DNA from: Candidatus Poribacteria bacterium
GTDB lineage: Bacteria; Poribacteria; WGA-4E; PCPOR2b
DNA: 64,000 bases
Assembly (NCBI GenBank): GCA_965215015.1
Contig: OZ244042.1
Span: 1,152,001-1,216,000, forward strand
Direction: 5' to 3'
Position 1 is the first letter of the stretch; each line of letters begins with the position of its first letter. Under the pieces are notes generated by a model. It saw nothing but the letters and a program-made list of their open reading frames with translations, did not search any database and had not been told where the DNA came from. The translations under genes were made by a program, and so were the position numbers. Positions 51,878-60,601 of the stretch are shown here, piece by piece.

Positions 51878-52840
51878 TTACTTCCAGACCAGCAAGACCG
51901 CTAGGGCCTCACCCGGCGTATTCCACAAGAAATCAAACGCCTCCTTTGCCTGTGCATACGGAAAGCGACGGGTGATCATCCGATCGGTTTGGATCTTTCC
52001 GGTCCGAATCTGCTCCAATGCTCGAAACGCTGTTTGGGAAAGTGGCTCGTCCATGAGGATACCTGCTACAAGCTGCTTACTCATAATCTTCGATGAATGC
52101 AACGGCAACGGTTCACCCTGATATAACGCGATTAGCTGAAGGGTGCCTCCTCTACGCACCATATCCTGTGCCTGATCAAACGATTTAACACCCGCATGTC
52201 CACCAACACAGTCAACGACGAGATCCGCACCTTTCCGATCGGTCAAACGATGCACCGCCTCAACAGGGTCCTCCGCCGAAGCATCAATGACCACATCCGC
52301 CCCCAGTTCCTTTGAGAGCTGACAGCGCAACGGCAGCGCATCAACCGTGATGATTCTGGCTGGTTCATATCCCCGCAAAATCTGCAGCATCAAGCTGCCC
52401 ACTACGCCCTGCCCAAGAATGACAATCGTATCTCCTGCCTGTGCTCCTGACGACGCCGCCCACGCCGTTGCTTCCGTCGAAAGGAGGAGGAACGTCCCCG
52501 CCTCGAAGGAAACATCATCCGGGAGTCGGACTAAATGCCCCCGCGTCGAGTCCACATCGCCAACCGCATATTGGGCGTGTGGAGCAGCGACCATCACCCG
52601 TTGTCCAATTTGATACTCGGTGACATCAGCACCGACCTCCTCGACGGTGCCCGTGAGGGAATACCCCATTATTGAATGTGGAAGTGCTTCTTCACTGATA
52701 TAACGACGGAACAGTTCAGAACCGCGGCTAATCAACGTCCTCTCCGTCCGTACCAAAACTTGACGGTTGTTGATTTCAGGGATGGGTGCATCTTCCAACT
52801 GAATATTTCCGAACCCTTCTGGCTTAACCACACGAATCAT
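51878..52840 (-). CDS. Zinc-binding (MDR) alcohol dehydrogenase family protein
   Basis: LISRGSE, GYSLTG, GQGVVG, GADLVVDCVG. Confidence 0.88.
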   Translation of the reverse strand: MIRVVKPEGFGNIQLEDAPIPEINNRQVLVRTERTLISRGSELFRRYISEEALPHSIMGYSLTGTVEEVGADVTEYQIGQRVMVAAPHAQYAVGDVDSTRGHLVRLPDDVSFEAGTFLLLSTEATAWAASSGAQAGDTIVILGQGVVGSLMLQILRGYEPARIITVDALPLRCQLSKELGADVVIDASAEDPVEAVHRLTDRKGADLVVDCVGGHAGVKSFDQAQDMVRRGGTLQLIALYQGEPLPLHSSKIMSKQLVAGILMDEPLSQTAFRALEQIRTGKIQTDRMITRRFPYAQAKEAFDFLWNTPGEALAVLLVWK

Positions 52841-52862
52841 CGATATTAGCTCCTGTCATCGA

Positions 52863-53261
52863 TTAGGTGATGAACCTTCCAATATCAAGGACCGTTGCAT
52901 ACACCATGAGTCCAGGGATAAACAGCCAACCTGCGACTCCCAAAGGTACATGAAGTCGGGCTAATTTGGGATGCAATTTCTCCAGTACATGTAGGCAGAT
53001 TTTGCCACCATCTAACGGCGGAATAGGCAACAGGTTGAGAATTGCAAGTTTCCTGCCCTTAACTCCCCAGAATTTAGGACCGAAACCGATTGAAAATCGG
53101 GCGATGGGTATCTTCACCCATCGTGCAGCAAGAAAGTGACCGAGTTCATGTACAAGTATCAGAAGGCCAACTAACCAGCCTACGATGAGATAGTTAACGA
53201 TAAAGGTCTGAACGAATGTGGGTTCTCCCCCTTCGCACGCTCTAGCATCGGTAGGATTCAT
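52863..53261 (-). pseudogene. Internally deleted RseP/M50 site-2 protease
   Basis: HELGH and FSIGFGP joined directly to NLLPIPPLDGG; central part missing. Confidence 0.65.
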
Positions 53262-53269
53262 ATTGATTT

Positions 53270-54607
53270 CTATCCAAGCGGATCAATACCTCGATATGAC
53301 TGGTCAAGGAGTTCGATTGGGTGCATCACCTTCATGGGCAATTCATTTGCTTTAACACCGAGTTGAATCTGTAGAATACAACCGGGGTTTCCTGTCGCAA
53401 CGATTTCGGCATCTGTCTCAGCGATGTGCTTTATCTTGCGCTCCAGAATTTCACGCGACATCTCCGGCTGCGTAATATTGTAGATACCCGCACTGCCACA
53501 ACACCATTCCGATTCAGTCAGTTCAATGAGCTCCAACCCCGGAATCGATTGGAGAACTGTGCGGGGTTGGGATTGGACCTTTTGCCCATGAACGAGGTGG
53601 CACGGTTCATCATACGTCACACGCCGCTTAATCTCTCCTTCGGGGGGTATCATTTCAATCTCCGCGAGGAACTCGCTGACGTCCCGCATCTTGCTGCCAA
53701 ATACTTTTGCCCTTTCCGAATAGACCGGATCGTATTCCATCAAGGCTTCGTACTCTTTCAGGGTCGCCCCACAACCCGCAGAGTTAATGATAATCACCTC
53801 CACATCTGCGGCTTCAAAGACATCAATATTGTTTCGAGCAAGTTCTAACGCCGTGTCTCGGACACCGTTATGGACATGCAATGCACCACAACACATCTGC
53901 TGTGTCGGTGTGATTACATCGCAGCCGTTTTCTGTCAAGACCCGAATCGTTGCTAAATTGGTCTCAGTGAACACCTGATTCATCACACAGCCCGAGATAA
54001 ATCCAACCCGATGCTTTGCCTTCCCTTTGGCAGGGGTAAATTCCCGTATGTTGTGTTTGAGCGACGGATTGGGAATGTCAGGCAGCAGTGATTCCATCTC
54101 TCCCAACTTTCCCATCAGCTTGAGAATCCCCAATTTTTGCACCAACCAGCGAATCCCAAGGCGTTGATACAGCCACATCAGTTCAAAGATAAAGTCTAAG
54201 CGATCTCTGTTGGGTAAGAGCTCCTTAAAGGCCAAATGCCTCCAAAACCGTTGTTCGGTTGGACGCTCAGCGTTCAATTCATAGATTGCGCGGGCTTCTT
54301 CGATAACCTCGCCAAAATGTACGCCAGAAGGACATGCTGTTTCACAGGCGCGACAATCCAGACAGCGGTAGATGTATTTTACCCAATCGTCGTTGATCGG
54401 CATCGGGTTCTTATCCCTGAATGCCGCCCCCATCAGATAGAGCCTTCCACGCGGCGAATCCGTCTCCAGTCCTAACTCGCGGTAAGTCGGACAGGTCGGC
54501 AGGCATAGCCCACAATGGGTACAAGCGTCCCATTTGTTCCAGCTAAAAAGTTCAGACCCGATAAGAGGGTTAGTCTGTGGATCTGGTTGAGTTTGTGGCT
54601 GTTGCAT
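53270..54607 (-). CDS. glcF: Glycolate oxidase iron-sulfur subunit (Fe-S plus CCG domains)
   Basis: CTHCGLCLPTCPTY, SPRGR, CLDCRACETACPSGV, CCGALH, CCGSAGIYN; start could lie up to 54715. Confidence 0.88.
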   Translation of the reverse strand: MQQPQTQPDPQTNPLIGSELFSWNKWDACTHCGLCLPTCPTYRELGLETDSPRGRLYLMGAAFRDKNPMPINDDWVKYIYRCLDCRACETACPSGVHFGEVIEEARAIYELNAERPTEQRFWRHLAFKELLPNRDRLDFIFELMWLYQRLGIRWLVQKLGILKLMGKLGEMESLLPDIPNPSLKHNIREFTPAKGKAKHRVGFISGCVMNQVFTETNLATIRVLTENGCDVITPTQQMCCGALHVHNGVRDTALELARNNIDVFEAADVEVIIINSAGCGATLKEYEALMEYDPVYSERAKVFGSKMRDVSEFLAEIEMIPPEGEIKRRVTYDEPCHLVHGQKVQSQPRTVLQSIPGLELIELTESEWCCGSAGIYNITQPEMSREILERKIKHIAETDAEIVATGNPGCILQIQLGVKANELPMKVMHPIELLDQSYRGIDPLG

Positions 54608-54924
54608 TTTTTTAAGGATTCTCGTTTCTTTTGCTTCAGCGGCATTTTTAATTGCGCCAACCTTCTCTGCCATACAATCTTGTGTATAGGCGTAGGTGAT
54701 AAAACGGTGTATCAACCAATGGTGCTAGCTTGCAACCCAAAACGCCCTCCGGTCAAAGACCGAATGTGAAACGTGATACGTAAATGGTCAGGGAGTGCTA
54801 TGGGTTCATTGGTACATTAATGAACCAATGGACTCTTGAACAAAGTGGAGAGGCAGTATATATTTTTGCGGATTACAAGTTGTCGGTCAATTCACAATGA
54901 GAGGTTGCGGACTACCAACACCTT

Positions 54925-55776
54925 CTAATGAGCTACTAATTTTGAAATATTCAGTAATCCTTCATTCAAACTCCCCGATCTATATCCCTGTAAATCAAGG
55001 GCAACATGCTCATATCCAAGCGATTTAAATTTTTCGTTGATTTGGGTGCGGATGGATTTCGCAGCGACGAACTCAATCTCTTGCGGATCAACCTCAATGC
55101 GTGCGAGCGTATCATGATGGCGGACGCGGAATTGACGAATCCCTAAATCGAACAAAAACTGCTCCGCCCGGTCAACGAGGCGTAGGTTTTCGCGGGTAAT
55201 CCGTGTACCGTAAGGAAAACGGGAGGAGAGGCAGGCAAAGGCGGGTTTGTCCCACGTCGGCAGCCTCCAACGTTTTGAAACTTCGCGGATCTCCGCCTTT
55301 GTCAAGTTCACATCGATGAGCGGTGCCTGAATACCCATCTGTTTGGCGGCATCCATACCAGGACGGTGATCACCCACATCGTCAGGAATAGCCCCGTAGA
55401 CGGTCGTGCCAATCTTATACTGTTCAGCAATCGGACGAATCTGTTCAAAGAGTTCGGTTTTGCAGAAATAGCAGCGATTGGTCGGGTTGCTCGCGTACCC
55501 CTCGGTTTCCAATTCGTCGGTGTTTATTGTTTCATAGCGGATGCGAATCTGTTTGGCGATGTCCTGTGCTGCTTTCATTTCGCGCTCCGGGTAGGAGTCA
55601 GAAACCGCTGTCACAGCAAGGGCATTGTTTCCCAACGCCCGTTTTGCAGCTTCCGCCAGAAAGGTGCTGTCTACTCCACCAGAGAATGCGACAATGACTT
55701 TTCCGTAGGATTTTAAGAGCCGATCGAGCTGATCTAGCTTCTGATCAATATCTGGATATTTTTCTTTTTCCGACAT
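54925..55776 (-). CDS. larE: ATP-dependent sacrificial sulfur transferase LarE
   Basis: AFSGGVDS, RCYFCK, HRPG, WDKPAFACLSSRFPYG, GYRSGSLN. Confidence 0.92.
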   Translation of the reverse strand: MSEKEKYPDIDQKLDQLDRLLKSYGKVIVAFSGGVDSTFLAEAAKRALGNNALAVTAVSDSYPEREMKAAQDIAKQIRIRYETINTDELETEGYASNPTNRCYFCKTELFEQIRPIAEQYKIGTTVYGAIPDDVGDHRPGMDAAKQMGIQAPLIDVNLTKAEIREVSKRWRLPTWDKPAFACLSSRFPYGTRITRENLRLVDRAEQFLFDLGIRQFRVRHHDTLARIEVDPQEIEFVAAKSIRTQINEKFKSLGYEHVALDLQGYRSGSLNEGLLNISKLVAH

Positions 55777-55794
55777 CTATTTGACCTTTCTGAT

Positions 55795-56400
55795 TTACTG
55801 TTGTGCCTGCTGTTGAAGCTTTCTTAGTTTTCCACGGAGGAGTTGTCGCTTCAAACCCCTAATGTAATCGATGAACAATATACCATTGAGATGATCAATT
55901 TCATGCTGTAGCGCGCGCGAGAGCACGTCCTCCGCTTCGACACGGAGGGGCTCACCGTCAATATTTTGCGCCGTCACTACCACCTTCGCCGCCCGCTTAA
56001 CTTCGACGGTGATACCGGGGAAACTCAAGCACCCTTCCTCCTCAATGAGTTTACCCGCTAGGCTTTGAATTTTCGGGTTAAACAGCGCTAGTGGGGACGC
56101 TTCTGGATTATCTCGGTCCACATCAATTACAATCAGACGCTTCAAAACCCCAACCTGTGGTGCTGCCAACCCCACTCCGATCGGGGACGCATACATCGTG
56201 GCTAGCATATCCGCTGCAAGTTTCCGTTCAACATCTGTGATTTCCTGAACAGGGAGTGCTTTCTCCCGAAGTACCGGATCGTTATAGAGTCGAATACGGA
56301 AGGGTGCCTCGGTACAGCCATGAGGAAGCATATCCACAGGCACCGACCTAGCAACCTTTGGTGATGATGCTGTCCGTTTTCTGTGCTTGCGTCTTGCCAT
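55795..56400 (-). CDS. def: Peptide deformylase
   Basis: GVGLAAPQVG, EGCLS, QHEIDHLNG. Confidence 0.95.
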   Translation of the reverse strand: MARRKHRKRTASSPKVARSVPVDMLPHGCTEAPFRIRLYNDPVLREKALPVQEITDVERKLAADMLATMYASPIGVGLAAPQVGVLKRLIVIDVDRDNPEASPLALFNPKIQSLAGKLIEEEGCLSFPGITVEVKRAAKVVVTAQNIDGEPLRVEAEDVLSRALQHEIDHLNGILFIDYIRGLKRQLLRGKLRKLQQQAQQ

Positions 56401-56570
56401 TTCCGAGTCGTGGAGTCCTCCTATCCCAATCAAAGATTCTGAGATTTTATCAAAAATCCTTTAGGTGTGGGAGTATGTCAAAATCATATCACCCGGAGAA
56501 AGGTTGGTCAAGCAAAAACGGGAGATACAGGAATGTGATGACATCATCAACCGTCCCAGTAAAGTCAGTT

Positions 56571-57524
56571 TCAACCTTGCTTGACTAACTTCTGAAGGGA
56601 GCGAAGTTCTCTGGGCGGATCCATCTGGCTGCCATAGTCACTCCAGGAGACCTCAGCAACGTAGATATTTCCCTTAGAGTCAACGGCGATTCCGTGGGGT
56701 GAGTAGAATCGTCCGGGCTCATCGCCGTAGGATTGATCGCTCAGTTGCGCCAATATGCGCCCCTTGGTGTCCATGATGCTGACGCGGGGTCCCAGACAAG
56801 TGCCCATTGCATTTGACGCAATGCCACCGAAGTACTCACCCACGTAAACTAACGGTTCATCTCTGGTGTCCAGACAGATACAAGCAGCCCTGGATAGGTT
56901 TAACCACTGCGTTTCATACTTCCCGTCAGGAGAGAATACCTGCACCCGATGATTCTCACGGTCAGCAATGTATACCCAGCCATCTTTATCGGTGGTGATA
57001 TTATGGACGATGTTGAATTGTCCCTCAGCCGTGCCTGACTCGCCCCAAGAGAACAAAAAGCGTCCATCGGGCGTAAATTTGTGGACCCGTGCGTTGCTGT
57101 ATCCATCAGCCACATACAGGTCACCGCTACGCGGATCAATTGCCAAATGCGTTGGAAGGTTAAAGGGTTCGCCGCTCATAGGGGAGGAAGGTTGATTGGG
57201 TTGACCGAGAGTCATCAACAATTTCCCATCCGGTGTAAACTGACGAACGGTGTGGTCTCCATTATCTACGCAATAGACCGAACCGTCGGGCCCAATGGTT
57301 ACACCGTGTGGATTGGCGAATATGCCATCCCCCCATGTCCGAAGTACATCACCCTCAGAGTTGAAAATAACCATCGGATGTGTTCCACGATTAAAGACAT
57401 AAACATTATCCTCCACATCAACAGCAACGGCAGTAGCTTCTTTGTAAGTCCAATCTTCGGGTATATTGCCCCAGTCTTCTCCCGATACTTGATATGTAAA
57501 ATCTCCAGTCCCTAAAGTAACCAT
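56571..57524 (-). CDS. NHL-repeat (peptidyl-alpha-hydroxyglycine lyase-like) protein
   Basis: PHG, FNLPT, YVADGYSNARV, ADRENHRVQ repeats. Confidence 0.88.
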   Translation of the reverse strand: MVTLGTGDFTYQVSGEDWGNIPEDWTYKEATAVAVDVEDNVYVFNRGTHPMVIFNSEGDVLRTWGDGIFANPHGVTIGPDGSVYCVDNGDHTVRQFTPDGKLLMTLGQPNQPSSPMSGEPFNLPTHLAIDPRSGDLYVADGYSNARVHKFTPDGRFLFSWGESGTAEGQFNIVHNITTDKDGWVYIADRENHRVQVFSPDGKYETQWLNLSRAACICLDTRDEPLVYVGEYFGGIASNAMGTCLGPRVSIMDTKGRILAQLSDQSYGDEPGRFYSPHGIAVDSKGNIYVAEVSWSDYGSQMDPPRELRSLQKLVKQG

Positions 57525-57715
57525 TTTTTCCCTCCAATAGTATGAAAGCCCAAATTGCTATGTATTGAAATTCCATTTGGAGCGCAATTGGATTGATTAT
57601 AACACACCTATCGCAACGATGTGAAGATCAAAATGGTTGATGACCATTGACAGGGTAGTTTGAATATGTTACCATGCGCGCCAAATTATCTTTAGTGGAG
57701 CCATGAAATCTGCCA

Positions 57716-58744
57716 ATGCAAGAGGTATACGCGCTGTTTTTGAACACAGTTATCAACGGTGCTCTTGCCCTTTGGGTATACAAGGATAGTAGACTGCAAG
57801 AGCGATCTGGGTTTTGGGCTTTGGGGACTTTTTTTTTCCCGTACGCATGTTTCCCACTTTACTTTTGGAATCAGATGCCCGAACTCATCTGGATTTGCCC
57901 TAAATGTCAACGCGATAACCGGGCATGGTCGCGTAAATGTGAACGCTGCGATCAATTTTACACAGCGGAAGAAACAGTTGCAAGACTGCACGGCTATCTG
58001 AATCCATCAGATCCGGTAGTCATTTTCCTAGTAACCTTTTTATTTCAAGAGGTCGCGCGTTATGTCGCAATGTTAGCGGCGGAAGGGGTTGAAGGCCTTA
58101 TATCAACAAACTTAGCTGCGTATATGCTCCCAGCTTCCCACTTTTGGATCGTTAAGCTAGTCATTGGAAATGTGCTAATTTGGCTATCTCTTTTCTGCAT
58201 AACTGGGCGTTATCGCAGAAATGTGAGATCTCTTGGGTTGGGATACAGCGGCAACCGTGCCGACTTTGGACTGCCTCTATTGCTCGCACCCGCTTTAGCC
58301 TTTGTTTCGGTAGGTTTTCGGCAAGGGATAGATTGGTTCAGCGGACACATCCCCCTGGAAGGACTAGAGAACTTAGCTCAATGGGAGCAGCAGCAATGGT
58401 CGAACAGTATGCCAGAAAACTTCGGAGATAGTACAATAATCCTCCTCGGTTTTGTGATGTTAATTCTAATGCCAGTAGGGGAGGAGATTCTATTTCGGGG
58501 AATTGCGTATATCGGTCTCGCCGGTCGATTTGGTCAACCCAAAGGAATACTACTCAGTGCCCTCCTTTTTGCGGTGCTCCATGGATACATCCGTGCTTTC
58601 ATGCCGTTGGTTTTGGGAGGGATTCCAATATTTATCATGGGGCTTGCCCTCGCGTGGCTATACATTCGGACGAAATCGTTAATCCCGTGCATAATCACGC
58701 ATAGCTTGGTAAACTTGATTTTAATCCTGATTCACTGGATGTAA
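57716..58744 (+). CDS. CPBP/CAAX-protease family membrane protein with zinc ribbon
   Basis: WICPKC..CERC; EEILFRG, FAVLH, HSLVN; TTGACA-17 nt-TACCAT promoter at 57647-57675. Confidence 0.88.
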   Translation: MQEVYALFLNTVINGALALWVYKDSRLQERSGFWALGTFFFPYACFPLYFWNQMPELIWICPKCQRDNRAWSRKCERCDQFYTAEETVARLHGYLNPSDPVVIFLVTFLFQEVARYVAMLAAEGVEGLISTNLAAYMLPASHFWIVKLVIGNVLIWLSLFCITGRYRRNVRSLGLGYSGNRADFGLPLLLAPALAFVSVGFRQGIDWFSGHIPLEGLENLAQWEQQQWSNSMPENFGDSTIILLGFVMLILMPVGEEILFRGIAYIGLAGRFGQPKGILLSALLFAVLHGYIRAFMPLVLGGIPIFIMGLALAWLYIRTKSLIPCIITHSLVNLILILIHWM

Positions 58745-58777
58745 GGGTTAAATTGCTACAATTGGAGCCCCCTCACT

Positions 58778-59842
58778 CTAATCCCCAGCCGGATAAGCCC
58801 CTAAGATTTTCACTAGTACGCAAAACTCTTCAATTTCTGTAAGTGCTTTTCGGACATTTTCATCCTCCGCGTGCCCCTCCAAATCTACAAAGAAAACATA
58901 CTCCCACGCTTTGGTACGAGAGGGCAGGGATTCAATCTTGCTCATATTAATTGCATAGTTTTTCAAAACCTGCAACACCTCCCATAATGCGCCAACCTTA
59001 TCCTTAACCGCGAAAAGGATAGATGTTCGGTCGTTTCCAGTTCGTGCCGCCGAGTGACTCCCAATAACAAGGAAGCGCGTCGTGTTATTTGGTCCATCCA
59101 TGATCGATTCCCCCACTACAGACAGCCCATAAATCTCGCCGGCGAGTTGACCCGCTATTGCTGCCGTATTTGGCTCACTGGCTGCCAGTTCCGCCGCTTC
59201 TGATGTGCTGGGAACCTCAATCTGTTGTACACCTGATATATTTTGACCGATCCATTGACGACATTGGGCGAAAGCCTGCGGATGGGAATAAATCTTTTGA
59301 ATCTGGGCGAGGGGGGATTTTGAGAGGAGATGCTGCTCGATCGGCAAGAAGCACTCCCCGCAAATTTGAAGGGATGTGTACTGAAACATCTCTAAAACAT
59401 CACGGACCGTTCCATACGTAGAATTTTCGATCGCGACAACACCATAATCCGCTTGACCGGATTCCACAGTCGCAAAGATGTCGGGTTGGGGCGTCACCGC
59501 GATAAACTTGACTGACTGGCCAAAGAGGTGCGAACCCACCGTGTGACCAAAACTACCAACGGGACCGAGGAAGGCAATGGATAGCGGCCTTTCGAGCGCA
59601 CGACAGGCAGAGATAATCTCAGTATAAATAGTGCGTAGGGCGTCGGCAGGGAATTGCCCTCGGTTCTGCATTTCCAACCGAGAGAGAATTTCCCGCTCTC
59701 GATGCGGCGCATAAATCTGTTCAACGCCGGTGCGCGATTTCAGCTCACCGACACGTTTGACAATAGTCGCCCGTTCCTGTAAAAGGGCTAAAATCTGGTC
59801 ATCAATCTGATCTAGCAGATTGCGGTAGTCTTTTAATTTCAT
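58778..59842 (-). CDS. pheA: Chorismate mutase/prephenate dehydratase
   Basis: N-terminal CM domain, FLGP, IENST, SHPQAFAQC, NTTRF, IESLPS ACT domain. Confidence 0.95.
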   Translation of the reverse strand: MKLKDYRNLLDQIDDQILALLQERATIVKRVGELKSRTGVEQIYAPHREREILSRLEMQNRGQFPADALRTIYTEIISACRALERPLSIAFLGPVGSFGHTVGSHLFGQSVKFIAVTPQPDIFATVESGQADYGVVAIENSTYGTVRDVLEMFQYTSLQICGECFLPIEQHLLSKSPLAQIQKIYSHPQAFAQCRQWIGQNISGVQQIEVPSTSEAAELAASEPNTAAIAGQLAGEIYGLSVVGESIMDGPNNTTRFLVIGSHSAARTGNDRTSILFAVKDKVGALWEVLQVLKNYAINMSKIESLPSRTKAWEYVFFVDLEGHAEDENVRKALTEIEEFCVLVKILGAYPAGD

Positions 59843-59867
59843 AATAGCTGCGTCAAACGCTATCTCC

Positions 59868-60047
59868 TAATCCGTATTCCCTACAAGAAAGTGTGGACGC
59901 TCTCCTGTTTCGGTATTCCAGATACGGATTTTGATCCCAACTCCGACCGACGAGTATGCGACCCTCCGGACCAAAAACGATGCTCAAGACATGGCTCTCA
60001 TGCCCGGTGAGCACTCTGATTTCCTCGCCTGTTTTAACGTTCGACAG
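59868..60047 (-). pseudogene. WD40-repeat protein remnant
   Basis: Reverse strand reads KTGEEIRVLTGHESHVLSIVFGPEGRILVGRSWD, then frameshifted IRIWNTETGE. Confidence 0.65.
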
Positions 60048-60235
60048 GCGGGTTATCTTGTGCAGCTATTTGATAGAAATAGTGCAGAGATTAGCAATAA
60101 AATGAGGCTAAGAAACATCGTCTTTTGCATTGAGATTAATTTTCCGTTAGGAATCGGAGCAGGTTGAGCGCAGCGAAATCCCGATGTCTCGGGAGAGATT
60201 GCTGCCCGCTCCCCTGCTCGCCGTTTCAATACTTA

Positions 60236-60478
60236 TCAATTGAGCTTCTGCATCGCGGCAATCATATCGTCGTCTGACGGATTGCTTTTCACCATCTCAA
60301 CAAACTCGTCAGCGTCTAGCTTGTGTTCCTCCAGGAACTTTTTGTCCTGCGGTCACGGATAGATGTATTCACCGATAGTACCGTTCAATTTGGCACGCGC
60401 CTTATCTGTAACCCGCGCCAACCACCAGTACCCGCCAATGAGCATATCTCGATGACGTGGTTTCCAATCGAGTCCCAT
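60236..60478 (-). CDS. DUF5069-like small protein with in-frame TGA (candidate selenoprotein, 80 aa)
   Basis: AAAGGAGGTG SD; MGLDWKPRHRDMLIGGYWWLARVTDKARAKLNGTIGEYIYP-TGA-PQDKKFLEEHKLDADEFVEMVKSNPSDDDMIAAMQKLN-TGA-TAA; hairpin 14 nt after the TGA. Confidence 0.75.
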
Positions 60479-60601
60479 GTAATTCACCTCCTTTACGTCA
60501 GTCTCAAACCCAGAAGCCGAACTCCTAAAAGACAGGATAACGGAGATACCAACGATACACCCGTCTCATTTTCACGTCTACTCGTCCTCTCGTTTTCAGG
60601 C

